Part shown: one piece after another, positions 1 through 11,661 of the stretch
How the letters are laid out: every line of letters starts with the position of its first letter
Numbering within the stretch: the first letter of the stretch is position 1
Assembly: GCF_001194135.2 (NCBI RefSeq)
Contig: NC_068983.1
Coordinates: 93,016,903-93,080,902, forward strand
Length of the DNA: 64,000 bases
Direction of reading: 5' to 3'
From: Octopus bimaculoides
Lineage: Eukaryota
Program-made: the position numbers and the translations under genes
Notes under the pieces: generated by a model
What the model was told of the DNA's origin: nothing
The model's database searches: none
The model's input: only the letters and a program-made list of their open reading frames with translations

Positions 1-171
1 ATATGCTCCACAAGGGAAAACAAGGAACTTAGTTTACAATGAGGTGTTATAATCACAACAGCAAGAAAGTATGTACATGATCACCTTCTTTTACGAAACT
101 TCATTGACTTTCATATATTTATATTGATATACATATATATACGTGTGTTTGGGTACGTGTGTGTATATACA

Positions 172-262
172 TCTCTATATATAAAGATGATGCGTAGTCT
201 AGATGGCGTTTTTAGATTTCATTATTCTCTTTAACCCGGGCAACGCCGGGTATTTCTGCTAG
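172..262 (+). mobile_element. Mini non-autonomous Helitron (~91 bp)
   Basis: 5' TC start (TCTCTATATATAAAG), subterminal hairpin ACCCGG-GCAACG-CCGGGT (234-251), 3' CTAG (259-262), inserted between A(171) and T(263), no TSD. These are standard Helitron termini. Confidence 0.75.
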
Positions 263-314
263 TATATATATATATATATATATATATATAGGCTATATTA
301 TATCTCTGAGCAAG

Positions 315-865
315 AGGTAAACAGTAACAGTACAGAATCTTAAAATATATTTGCCAACTGAAAGTGGCGGTCCCCTAGAGGATGATGTTACTGTTGTTTT
401 TAGCCTCAGGAAGACATCTCCAGCTGGCTAATGACACGCTGTCTGTGTCTGATTAGTATTTGTGAGGGGAGGTCATCACTCCCATCTCTAGCCTTACATG
501 ATACACAAAGACCTGGGTTTCTGGCTAGTTACCCATCTTCAGTATGTCACAATCACCAGCTAGTGATGAACACTCATTCCACTCGCAAAATACTATATGC
601 TTTTTCCAGCAACAAACTGTTGCTGATCTTGAAAAAGGAGAAATAAGCTATATTAAATCTTTGAGTGAAAGGTAAACAATAACAATACGGAATCATAAAA
701 TATATTTGCCAACTAAATGTGGCAGTACCATAGAGGATGATGCTACTGTTGTTTTTAGACCCGGAAAGACATCTCCTCCAGCTGGCTAATGACACACAGT
801 TTGTGTCTATTTAGTATTTGCAACAGGAGGTCATCGCTCCCATCTCTACAGATTTTCCAGGACAA
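315..865. repeat. Two diverged direct copies of a ~190-bp interspersed repeat (about 315-510 and 669-865)
   Basis: Shared collinear motifs: GGTAAACA-TAACA, AAATATATTTGCCAACT, TAGAGGATGATG-TACTGTTGTTTTTAG, CAGCTGGCTAATGACAC, GGAGGTCATC-CTCCCATCTCTA. Confidence 0.7.
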
Positions 866-1229
866 AGCTCGTCTTGTAGGCTGTAGTTTCTGGCTCAGAA
901 TTTCTGGAACAACCGTTGACACTGGGTTATGCTTATTGCCCTATACCCATATAATGTATTAATATTCCTCACACTTTCCATTGCATTGTTGCCTTTATTG
1001 AACTCATAAAGGCAAAATATGCCGAATATGCTCCTTTGTCACTTCCATTATAGCTTTGAAAAAATAACTGTTAAAATCGAACTGCACTCTTCAAAACTTA
1101 CACTAAGAATAAATAAAAGGTAAAATTACTACCTGCTTTTATAGCAAGTTGATGCAGGTAGTTTATCCCATCCCCTTCCGACCTTTAGTTCATGCAATTG
1201 AAATAACCACATTATTTATGGGATGACCC

Positions 1230-1286
1230 AATATATACACACTCATATATATATATGTACATACACACACACATACATACATACAT

Positions 1287-1365
<79 letters not shown>

Positions 1366-1417
1366 TTCACACACACACACACACATATATATATGCACAC
1401 ACACACACACACACACA
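1230..1417. repeat. Compound (TA)n/(CA)n/(CATA)n microsatellite
   Basis: Directly visible; it produces the spurious YIYI/CVCV ORFs. Confidence 0.95.
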
Positions 1418-1789
1418 AAATAGCTTCTTTTAGTTTCTGTTCTGTCTATCAAATCCACTTAGACAGCTTTAGTTAACCTGGGGTTTATAGTAGGAGACAC
1501 TCACTGAAACTGTTGTGCAAGTGTCTTCTTAAGTTGATAATTTGGGCCAAAGTGCCCGAAATTTCAAATTAAACAGTAACTTCAAATTTTTCTTTTTGAT
1601 TAATACAGTATCAACAAGTATCTTGTTTACATTAATTGCAATAATTAGCATTATCATTATGGTTGTTGGAATATATATTCTTATACTAGCAATAAACAGC
1701 TCCGTTAATTATTACGATTGAAGTATTACTAATAATTTAGTCAATGTTGCTAATAATACCAAAAATGCCACAACTTATATTGCTGCAGC

Positions 1790-2139
1790 TATTACTACTG
1801 TTGGCCGATGACAGTACCGCCTGATTGACATGTAAAAAAAACCATTCGAGCATGGTCGTTGCCAGCCTCGCCTGACTGGCTCCTGGGCTGGTGGCACATA
1901 AAAAGCACAATTCAAGCGTGGTCGATGCCAGTACCACTAGACTGGCCCTTGTGCTGGTGGCATGTAAAAACCATCCACTACACACTTGAAGTGGTTGGCA
2001 TTAGGAAGGGCATCTAGCTGTAGAAACTTTGCCAGATTGGATTGAAGCCTGGTGCAGCCTTCTGGCTTGCCAGCACTCAGTCAAACTGTCCAACCCATGC
2101 CGGTATGGAAAGCAGACATTAAACGACGATGATGATGAG
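1790..2139 (+). mobile_element. 3' end fragment of RTE-clade LINE (tandem-repeat 3'UTR + (GAT)n tail)
   Basis: Matches the 3' end of the RTE copy at 17020-18810 (GGCATTAGGAAGGGCATC-AGCTGTAGAAACTTTGCCAGA...CAACCCATGC...GATGATGATG). Confidence 0.8.
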
Positions 2140-3298
2140 TATAAACATTTTAAATTTCAATACCCAAAAAGGGGAGCATAACTGATAGAGTAAATGGGGG
2201 AGTGGAAGTGTAAGAGGGTGTCTAAATATTGCTGAAGTTGATATTTAGTGGGAATTCCTAACAAAATAGCCTTCTAAGTAAAAAATTCTAGGTATTATTT
2301 AGTGGGGAATCAAGTTAGTTTGGGTGGTAGTAGATAGGAAATGCTCAGTAGGTCTAAAATAGGTAAATCTATTGTACTACCAAGAGAAGAGACAGAAGAT
2401 ATAACACATTGCTGTGTGAGGATGTGAAAGTTGCCAATGAGAGAAAGATTGAGCAGTCAGTTGAGTAGCTTTCTTAATGTAAATACTAGATCAACATTTG
2501 ATCGGAGCTAAATAAATTTCTTTTATAATGTACATTATTTTCTTGTGGAACAGAATCTTGCTGCTGTGATACTGACATGATAGAAAAATCTTCAAACTTT
2601 TAATTCTTTATTAGCACCAAAAACATCACCCAATGACTTCCACTTTGAATTAACTCGTGCTTAATTCCTGACAATTAATTCAGTTAAACTCCTTTATTAT
2701 TTTCCTTTACTTACAGTTAGACTGCTTAAGAAAAGCCAGGGTTACTTTAGGGCTACAAAGGAAGAAAACATTGCAAACACCAAATAATTTGTATCAATAT
2801 CATTGAAACTCCTCTCAATTCTCAGCAGAGCTAAGAAGGATAGGGGACAATGAAAAAGGAACAAAATCAAAAAAAAAAAGGTATTTTATTTAATACTTTT
2901 GTGCCAATGAAATAGTAACAAAGATGTTTCACTGGTGTTGATTAAACTTCAATGTAGTGGTGGGTTGTGAATACATTAACCAGTTAATTACAGAATCATC
3001 TGGCAGGTAAAGCTTGATTGTCTGAGGTAAAAAACTAAAGAAGAGGTAAAGTTTTTGTTTTCTTTTTTTAAATACCCTTCATCATCTTAGCAACAGGATA
3101 TTCATGTAGAATCAGGGAAACAAAACATACTTCCAGTGTTTAATCATTTATTCGGGCAAGTTAGCAAATGAAACAACTGAAATGTAATATTTCGCTATTG
3201 GAGAGAAAACCCCCCAAAACAAACTACATGCATCTTTTACATAAGAAAGTACATTGGAGATAAATAATTATTAACTAAATTATGATTAAAGCACCTAC

Positions 3299-3502
3299 CT
3301 GGATTAGCCAGTAGAAGAGAATTGTTGCATCTGTAGCTAATTAACTGTTTACAAGATGTCGCTCGTTCAATTAATGCTTCAAGTTCTAAAATTCCTGTAT
3401 CATAACGGACATGCCGTACATAGGAACCTGGTTCCTTGTAGCCATTTACCAAAATTTCATTCTCACTGTTGTGGCCAACTAATGACTGGGCAACATCCAC
3501 AC
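3299..3502 (-). CDS. Nrx-IV: Neurexin IV/Caspr-like exon (5th found): fibrinogen-like region, (G)VDVAQSLVGHNSENEILVNGYKEPGSYVRHVRYDTGILELEALIERATSCKQLISYRCNNSLLLANP(G)
   Basis: Acceptor tattacAG (3503-3504), donor GTaggt (3298-3293); 204 nt, phase 1-1; continues the frame of exon 48849-48983. The H-S-E...V.GY.EPGSY...Y...ALI.R...C.Q.ISY.C pattern is typical of the Caspr/Nrx-IV fibrinogen-like domain. Confidence 0.88.
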
Positions 3503-4909
3503 CTGTAATAGGATGAAAGGAAATAATTTTAGATTAATAATAAAACAACTAACAACAAAAATAAATACTTTCAGCCTTTGCAATCACAAAGGATAATATG
3601 TTTAAAGTATAATTTTCCTACTCACTTAAAAGCAAATATCTTTTAGTCCTAATAAACCCTGAGATTATCTATGTCACTTACATTTACAGCCAAAATTAAA
3701 CAAGAGTCAACAATATAAAACCAGCAACTATTATCTAAACAAAATTAAAGCAGTTTTATACTAATCAAAGAATAATCATTAAACTGGAAATATCTTTGGT
3801 TATTCTTACAGCTTAAAATACCGTTCACAAAGATGGTATGGTGCCTTTAAAATAATAACAAAAAATAGCTTCTAGAGATGCTGCTTGGTTTATTGGCATC
3901 TGCTCCCATCGAATCTACCAAAGAGTTAATCCAGTGCATAAATAAGAGAGAGAGAACAGAAGCAAAGAGTTGCTCCAAGTACTTGTCTAGTACCTTAAAT
4001 TACTCAGAAAAGGTGAAAAGTATCAATAAGCATACAAAATGTTGAACAGTATGAAAAGCATCAGTGAGCATGTTGCAATTTAATGGTAAACTGAATAAAG
4101 AGAAATCTACTCAAACTACAATGATGTCATGGTAATCAACATAATCACTACAAACGACATTGCAATCTTCTGCTAATTAAAATCAAGATACTAATTATAA
4201 TAAAGACCTATACAGATTTTTGAACTTGAAATGAAAAAAAATTATCATTCTAGGATAGGATTGGTTTTTGATTACTAAAGCCAACATAGTGCTAATAACA
4301 TTTGTAAGCTTTATCACACTGCTGAAGTTAACATAGTTGGTGTTTAACTTAAACATCTGTAGATTAATTTCTCACAGAAAAGTGTTGCAAACGAGGCAGT
4401 TTCAGAGAATTGCAGTACTGAAGAGAAAAGAGTGAATTTAGTATAGGATTTGAGGGTGAGGAGGAAAGGGAAAGATGAATTGCTGCTTCTTGCAAATGAT
4501 AACTGAGGTTGTGCTGCTCATTCTCAGTCTAAGGTTTAGTTCATTATAGTGTAACCAAGCCATTGAAGCAGTTTTGCAATGTAAGAAACACATTGTGGTG
4601 TTACTGCATTTTAGCTTTACAATATTGTTTTGGTCAACTTTTGAACAATTTGTTGGTCCTCAGCTTTATATAAAGTGTTGCTTGTCCCAGAAAGGGATTT
4701 GAGCCATTCTCACTACCAGCTTCACCACCATATGAGTGAAAGTTGCATATGCTAGTGGACCAGTGAAATCGAACAAAAAAATTCATTTCATTGGCCATGA
4801 AGACAGCATCTGAGTACCATGTGATAAGATGCTACTGAGGTGTGTAAACTAAATATTAACTATCATTAATTGGTTTGCAAGAGTAAAATTTATTAAGTGC
4901 CCCCCCATT

Positions 4910-5040
4910 CACTAGCATAGCTAGAGTGTGTGCCACCCCTGGACCCCACAAAAAACACATTGTCTACAGCATACCCAAAAGTACTGCCTCATTAAAAGTG
5001 TTGCCCGGGGCAGACCCTCCCTTCCCCTGCTATGCTAGTG
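4910..5040. mobile_element. 131-bp MITE, probably hAT-type
   Basis: Perfect 12-bp TIR CACTAGCATAGC (4910-4921) / GCTATGCTAGTG (5029-5040); 8-bp flanks CCCCCATT / GCCCCATT (7/8 match) look like a TSD; related copy at ~40217-40332. Confidence 0.7.
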
Positions 5041-6249
5041 GCCCCATTAGTACAATGATTATCAACCATGAATTTACTGAAGATCCATCTATTGCTTAAA
5101 TCTGCTGTACTTGTGCAAGCATTCCAATCATTGGCAATAATGAGATTGATGAATGACCTTTTAAAAGCTATCCTGATGTCTCCATAGAATGGATTCTTCA
5201 TATGATCATTGTCATCGAAGGTTTGTCCATCATCAGATAAGTGAATGTGGTCAAGAAAGAGCTACATAGAATTGTACATTAGAAAATATGAAATCAAAGA
5301 TATAATCTATTATAGGCATAGCATTTATACTATTTATTGCATTTGTAAGAAAACTGACCTGAAATATTTTAAATTATATAATTTTAGAATCTACATCTCT
5401 GTCTAGCAGCAACCATACTTCATTTACTGGAGTTTTCTTTGCCTTTCCATTGTAACTAGATAATTAAAACCATTGAATATGCTTTAAAAATGCTAACTTT
5501 GAAATGAAATTGAATATATAAGCTATCTACAATAGTTTTGTTACAATATGGCTATACTGGTAATTCTTTAATGAATCTTAAGTTGCACTACATCCTTATT
5601 TTCACATTAGAGAAAAATACATATGGCTGGATTTGACCCCATAGTCCCAGTTCATTTGCTACTTTACAAAGCTGAAGATTCTAAAATTTATAATTTAAAA
5701 TGTATATTTCCCAGTTGATTGTCTTAAACATAATATAAATATTGTATCTATGAAAGATGATGCTTTTGATTTTGTTCTATAGTTGATCAGCCAATTGTCT
5801 TATGAATAATATAAACATTATTTGTGTGTATACTGAATTACAGCTTTGATTTCATTGCATAGTTAAGTGCATAACTGTGGAAGATTATTATAGATTTAAA
5901 ATCTGGAAGTAACCTTGCAACTTTTACAGCAAGTTTTCTATTTATAGCTCTTAAAACATATGACATCTCATCAAATTTTAAGAATTTATACAATTTCCCT
6001 AGGTAATTTATAACAAAAATAAGGAGTGTCAACAATGGTATTGTTCAACCTCAGATCAACTCTTATAAAAGACATTCGAGCTGTGATTGATCTCTTTAGT
6101 GGTATGTATGATCTAATGTGTCTTTTTCGTTTTTAAGTTGATATGCAGTGATTTTTAAGCTGGTTGTGTGAACATGTAGAAGTTCCCACTTTATTTTATT
6201 TCATAATGTAATATTGGTTAATAATGGTTAACTTATACTAATGACTTTG

Positions 6250-6663
6250 CTGTGTGTAGTAAGAAGTTTGCTTTTCAGCAACAGAGATCCAGGTTCAATC
6301 CCACTTGTGGTACCTTGAGCAAGTGTCTTCTACTATAGCCTAAGTCCAACCAAAAACTTGAGAGTGGATTTGATAGATGATAACTGAAAGAAAGTCTTGT
6401 ATGTATGTGTGTGTGTGTGTGTGTATCTCCTTTTCTTGACATCGCATGACAGTTGTAAAATTACTGTCCCTGTCATATGAGAAGTGCCATTCATTTCCAA
6501 TAATCTACGAGAACATATCTGACTATGGGAAAATATTATCTTGCTTGAAAACAGGCGATGGTTGGTACCAGGAAAGGCATCCAGCTGTAAAAAATCTGCC
6601 TCAATAAATTCTGCTTGATGCATGGAAAAATGGACGTTAAGAGGATGATGATGATGATGATGA
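6250..6663 (+). mobile_element. tRNA-derived SINE with internal (TG)n and RTE-like 3' tail
   Basis: Head with A/B-box-like motifs (GGTTCAATCCC); tail GGAAAGGCATCCAGCTGTA...CATGGAAAAATGGACGTTAA-(GAT)n, shared with RTE 3' ends. Confidence 0.75.
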
Positions 6664-6669
6664 AATAGT

Positions 6670-7495
6670 TCCTTAAATTGGCAGAGGGTACAAGGCTATG
6701 AATTTTGAAGGAGGCTGTAGTTGATTATATTCACTCCACAACAATACTTGTGCATTTTCCATACTTACACAGAGATGTAAAGCAAAGTTAACCTGAGTAT
6801 GATATATAATTCTTTGTATTATAGGCACTAGGAATTTTGGGGGACGAGGATAGTTGATTACATCAGCTCCAGTACTCAACTGGTGCTTATTTCATCAACT
6901 GTGGAAGGATGAAAGGCAATGTTGACCTCGGCAGAATTTTAATTCAGAATGTGAAGACAGATGGAATGCTGCTAAGCATTTGGTGTGCCATGAAAATAAT
7001 TCTGCCAGCTCAACACCTAACTACCCTAAAATATAATAATAATAATGATTTCAAATTCTAGCACAATGCTAGCAGGTTCGAGACAGAGAGTAAGCCAATT
7101 ACATCAACCCCAATGCTTGATTGGTACTTATTTTATTGACTCTGAAAGGATGGAAGCAAAGTTGACCTTGGCAGAATTTGAACTCAGAACGTAAGGATAG
7201 ATGAAATGCTGTGAAGCGTTTTGCCCAACATGCTAATGATCTTGCCAGCTCATTGCCTAAATAATAAGAATAAAAATAGTAGCAATAATTTCTAACACAG
7301 ATGCAAGGCCAGGCATTTTGGAGGAAGGAACAGTTGTTTATAGTATACATGGCAAGTGCTCTATTTTATCAACTATTCTGAAACTGAAGTTGATTTTGGC
7401 AAGATTTGAACTCAAAATGCAAAAGGATATAACTAATTATAATAAGGCATTTTGTCAAGCAATCTACTAATTGTGTCAGTCAGCTGCCCTCATAT
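6670..7495 (-). mobile_element. Head-to-tail array of ~4 diverged copies of a second tRNA-derived SINE
   Basis: Recurrent GTTGACCT-GGCAGAATTTGAACTCAGAA (minus strand gives B-box GTTCAAATTC), GATTACATC, GGATGAAAGGCAA; units separated by (AAT)n linkers. Confidence 0.75.
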
Positions 7496-8167
7496 AATAA
7501 TAACATCACTAAAAATAATTAAGTGAAAATTACATTTTGGTCTAAATAGTGAAAAACAAAAATCTAGGTTGTCAAACCATATATTTTGAAGAAGGTTTGT
7601 AGTTAGTTGAATCACCCAAATAATTTAAAGATACTTGTCATATTGATTTCAGGACAAAAATCAAAGGCAGTCCTAGTGAGATTTGAACTCCGAATATAAA
7701 TGGATACATTAGTTTCTTTTTCAACGTATATTTCCCCATTCTTTAAAGTTTTAATTTCTGCTATATAGTAAGAAGGCATTCTGTTGTGAAACCCTACTTT
7801 TTTTTTTATTATATAGCTTTTATTTCTACATCATATGAATCAAGAAAATGAACATCACAAAGGAGATAACAAAGGATTGTGACAAGTGGTGAAGCACTAT
7901 GCAAGAGAAGAACCATGCAGTACATGCAAGCATGAAAAAAACAAATGTAAGAATGATGATAAGATGGTGGTGATGGAAGTTGAGGAGTATAATCTCTTCT
8001 ATCACTCTCACATAACCCACTAAATTATCACTCATTACATACATCCATCACCCCTTTCCCTCTCATCATTCTCTCTCTCTCTCCTAACATTCTCTCTTAT
8101 CCCTGAATTTTGAGTCAATTATTGGGTATGGCTAAGGAGCTAGGATAGATGTTTAATATATATGCTT

Positions 8168-8466
8168 AAAGGACTTTCGAGTGAGACCGTTGCCAGTGCC
8201 CCTGGACTGGCTCGTGTGCAGGTGGCACATAAAATACACCATTTTGAGTGTGGCCGTTGCTAGTACCGCCTGACTGGCCTTCGTGCGGGTGACATGTAAA
8301 AGCATCTACTACACTCTCGGAGTGGTTGACATTAGGAAGGGCATCCAGCTGTAGAAACTCTGCCAAATCAGATTGGAGCCTGGTGTAGCCTTCAGGCTCC
8401 ACCAGTCCTCTGTCAAATCGTCCAACCCATGCGAGCATGGAAAGCGGACATTAAACAAACGATGAT
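8168..8466 (+). mobile_element. RTE LINE 3'UTR fragment
   Basis: Tandem ~65-bp units followed by ATTAGGAAGGGCATCCAGCTGTAGAAACTCTGCC...CAACCCATGC...GATGAT. Confidence 0.8.
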
Positions 8467-9679
8467 TCTCACTCATGCTGTTTCTATTTAATCTGTTTAC
8501 CAATAACCACCAGAGAGCTTCCTATCACACCCTTTCTCTCCACTGCCATCTGCTCGCTCTGTCCTATTACTCTGGTTCTATCACCTTGACTCTTTTGTTT
8601 TCTACCATCAATCCTCCTCCTAGCACCCTCTCAATCACATTTCTTCTATTCAACCATTACAAAGCTTTCTATTACGCTCTCTTCTATCACTTTCTCACCG
8701 CTTCCAATCTAGTTCTCTTCTAATTCATTCTACTATCACCTTGCTCTAGCTAGCTCTCTTTCCACCCAGAAGTATTGGAAGGAAAGGAACAAATGAATGA
8801 TGACAATGCAAAAAGAGGAGTTTTTTTTGTCATGCCAAGGGTAAAACAACCTCTCTGGTGCAAGTGACTAAACATATTAACAGAGACAATTAATATAGAC
8901 AGAACTTTTTGAGCTTGTTAGGAACAAGACAGCATCTCTAGAGCTGGTGCCATGACATATTGCACCTAACAAACTCCAGTGACAAGAGGGGCATCTAACC
9001 TCAGAAACTATGTCAAGAAATGTAATATAGGAGAAAACCATCACTATTGACCTGTTTAGGAGGCTAGGAACTTTGAATAAGATTTGACTCAGACTGTAAC
9101 AATCCATCTAATCCATGCTAGCATGGAAAAGCAACCACAAAATGATAATGATAGTGAACCCTCTTACTGTTTTTATATTTCTACAAAGCAATAGACTAAT
9201 TGTAGGAAATAAATTATATTTATTTATTCATTCATCATTCTTTCTTCTTCCTCCAGATTATAAATATAATTAACCAAGTGCACATTGATCTGATAAGATT
9301 TACTGATTAAATTAACTTACAGTACACATCTTGCTATCTGTTCTACAATAAAAAATATTCAGTGGATCCAAGACTAGATCTAGCAGTTTATCATAACCCT
9401 TCCTCAGCTGTGTAATATGATGTCAAGATTATATTTATATATAAAATGGAAACATGAAATGTCAGAGGTATCCAAAAGCAATTTTTTTCATAATGAAAGT
9501 TCTGAAAATTGCCAGAGTTTGATTTGGAGTAGAGATTATTTTTCAATTTTGTCTTATCTTCATTTGTTTGGGAATACTTTTTGCTTACAATGTTTTTTTT
9601 TCATTGTGTGTGTATATTATATATATATATATATGTATATAAATTGTAAATCCAAAAAATAACAACAAAACTACAAAGG

Positions 9680-9768
9680 ATTCCGCGGTACACGTGTTTC
9701 AAGCTTTGTATGTGTATAATATAATATGTGTATAATTTACAATGTAAAGCTATCCTCAGCTGCAAGAT
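9680..9768 (-). ncRNA. Mirror hammerhead-like motif in the left arm (sense to the host pre-mRNA)
   Basis: Reverse complement reads GCAG-CTGAGGA-TAGCTTT...AAAGCTT-GAAACACGT-GTA-CCGC; stem I is weakened by two mismatches relative to the right-arm copy. Confidence 0.45.
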
Positions 9769-10040
9769 TATTTCTCTCCCAAGAAACTATACCACCTCGG
9801 CGTTGAAGTAGGAAGAAAGGTGTGATGTAAGAGGTGAAGATCCTTTCGGTATTCTGTATAGTACACACTGAATTGTGGCAAGGTATGGAAGGCTTTCGGA
9901 GGACCGGAGAGATTATGTCTCGGTGGAGAATTATACGAGGTATAGTACTATGCAGAATACCGAAAGGATCTTCACCTCTTACATCACACCTTTCTTCCTA
10001 CTTCAACGCTGAGGTGGTATAGTTTCCTGGGAGAGAAATA

Positions 10041-10129
10041 ATTTTGCGGCTGAGGATAGCTTTACCTTGTAAATTATACACATATTATATTATACACATA
10101 TAAAGCTTGAAACACGTGTACCGCGGAAT
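10041..10129 (+). ncRNA. Type I hammerhead ribozyme-like motif
   Basis: Stem I ATTTTGCGG/CCGCGGAAT; core CTGAGGA (CUGANGA, 10050-10056); stem II AGCTTTA/TAAAGCT; GAAA (10109-10112); palindromic stem III ACACGTGT; GUA triplet (10118-10120). Non-canonical U-U at positions 10.1/11.1. Confidence 0.55.
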
Positions 10130-10259
10130 CCTTTGTAGTTTTGTTGTTATTTTTGGATTTACAATTTATTCTTTCACCGCAACCACTAGCTGGAATACAC
10201 AGGTGCTTACAATTGTCAAGTATTACCTCTAAATTTCAATTTATATATATATATATATT

Positions 10260-10331
10260 GGTGCAGGTGTGGCTGGGTGGTAAGAAACTTGCTTCCCAAC
10301 CACATGGTTCCAAGTTCAGTCAACTGTGTGT

Positions 10332-10362
<31 letters not shown>

Positions 10363-10555
10363 AGTCTGTGTCTGTGTTTGTCTTCCACCATTGCTGGACA
10401 ATTGGCATTGATGTAACTTAGCAGTTTGGCAAAAGAGATAATAGAATAAGTAGCAGGCTTAAAAAAAGGCACTGGGGTCAATTCATTCGACTAAAAATTC
10501 TTCAAGGTGGTTCCCAAGCATGTCTACAGTCTATTGATGGAACCAAGTAAAAGAT
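10260..10555 (+). mobile_element. tRNA-derived SINE (same family as 6250, 15940, 50200, 62800)
   Basis: GGTGTGGCTGGGTGGTAAGAAACTTGCTTCCCAACCACATGGTTCCAAGTTCAGTC head; TTGGCAAAAGAGA-AATAGAATAAGTA..GGGGTCAATTCATTCGACTAAAA body. Confidence 0.75.
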
Positions 10556-10574
10556 AAAATAAAGTATATACATA

Positions 10575-11654
10575 TAGAAGGTTGTGCAGGTAAATTGAGA
10601 CCAATTTTAAGCAGTTGACTTAGCAGATTTAACATTTCATTTTTTGACAAAACCTTACTTGCTATAAACAATTTAAAAAAGAAGAAAAAATTGATAGAAA
10701 AGAACACAAGATTCAAAGTGATTCCAAACACAATCCAAAGTTTCTTGCTAGCCTCAAATGCTTGATTGAAGCCAATCCATCCACATCCATGACAACTCTT
10801 GCAAAGAAATGCAATGTGTCCTTTTCCATGGTGTCTAGAGCTGTGAACAAAAACCTTAGCATGACTAGCTATGTTCAATGCTACTGTCACTTCCTAACAG
10901 CCAAGGCCAGAGCAGTCAGAGCCAAGAGATGCCCAAAGCATCTGTCATTCATGAAGCATCAAGGTGCAGGAAAAACTCTCGTGTTTGTAGACAAGAAGAA
11001 GTTCACTGTGGATGTTGAACAGAATTGCAGAAATTCTCGACTGATTGCATACAACCCTTCTGACATTCCCACTATGTTTGAGACTAAGAACCCTGACTCT
11101 GTGATGGTATTTGTGGCTATGGTGAGTGATGGAAGTGTCATAAATCCACACTTCATTGAATCTGGTTTGAAGATCTGGACATCCTGAAGAACTGTCCGTT
11201 ACCATGGATGGAGCAGAAATTTGGGCTTGACAATGTGGTGCTTATCCAGGATTCTGCACCATGTCATGGATCAAAAGCAACATAGGTGTTCTGGTGAAAA
11301 GGTGCCATTTTTTTATGAGGGCTAACATCTGGCCCAGTGATAGCCCAGATCTCAACCTTCTGGATTCCTTTTTTGGGGTGTGCTTCAAGCAAGGACCAAT
11401 GCTTCACCACACTCGAGTGTCAACAGTTTGAAGACCTGCATCGTGCATGCACCATGCAAAATCAAAAAAGCAGAGGTTGCAACAGCTGCAAAAGAACTTT
11501 CATTCTCATGTGGAGGTAGTAATTGCCCAAAAGGGTGGCCATATTGAGTGATAAGTATTATATTAAAATTATATCTGTCTACTACCATTATGTTAGTATT
11601 TATAACCAGTCTTATGCATTGTAAAAACTGTCTCAATTTACCTACAAGATCCTG
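10575..11654 (+). mobile_element. Degenerate Tc1/mariner transposon, DD37D (maT)-type
   Basis: ORF 10762-11187 (HTH, then VFVDKKKFTVD...SVMVF). Downstream LIQDSAPCH and WPSDSPDLNLLD; second-to-third Asp codons are 113 nt apart (11250 vs 11363), i.e. D37D with a 1-nt deletion. Imperfect TIRs share GGTAAATTGAGAC. Frameshifted and 5'-deleted. Confidence 0.8.
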
Positions 11655-11661
11655 TGTGCAT

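Larger units (their letters stand above)
9639..10169. mobile_element. Foldback element (~226-bp inverted arms, 80-bp spacer), probably derived from a Penelope-like pseudo-LTR
   Basis: Arms 9639-9864 and 9945-10169; about 7 substitutions and 1 indel by manual comparison. Each arm contains a hammerhead-like motif. Confidence 0.7.

Noticed and set aside
1212-1476. YIYI/CVCV/HTHT ORFs
   Set aside because: Translations of microsatellites.
3295-3298. Alternative donor AG|GTGC for the last exon
   Set aside because: It would change the phase and has a weaker consensus than CAG|GTAGGT at 3299/3298.
1-3298. Search for the next downstream exon (Trp-rich FBG-like segment)
   Set aside because: No candidate found; it is probably outside the window.
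6670-7495. Regularly recurring motifs as a CRISPR-like array
   Set aside because: Units are ~200-250-bp diverged SINE copies with Pol III box motifs, not short repeats with unique spacers; the context is eukaryotic.
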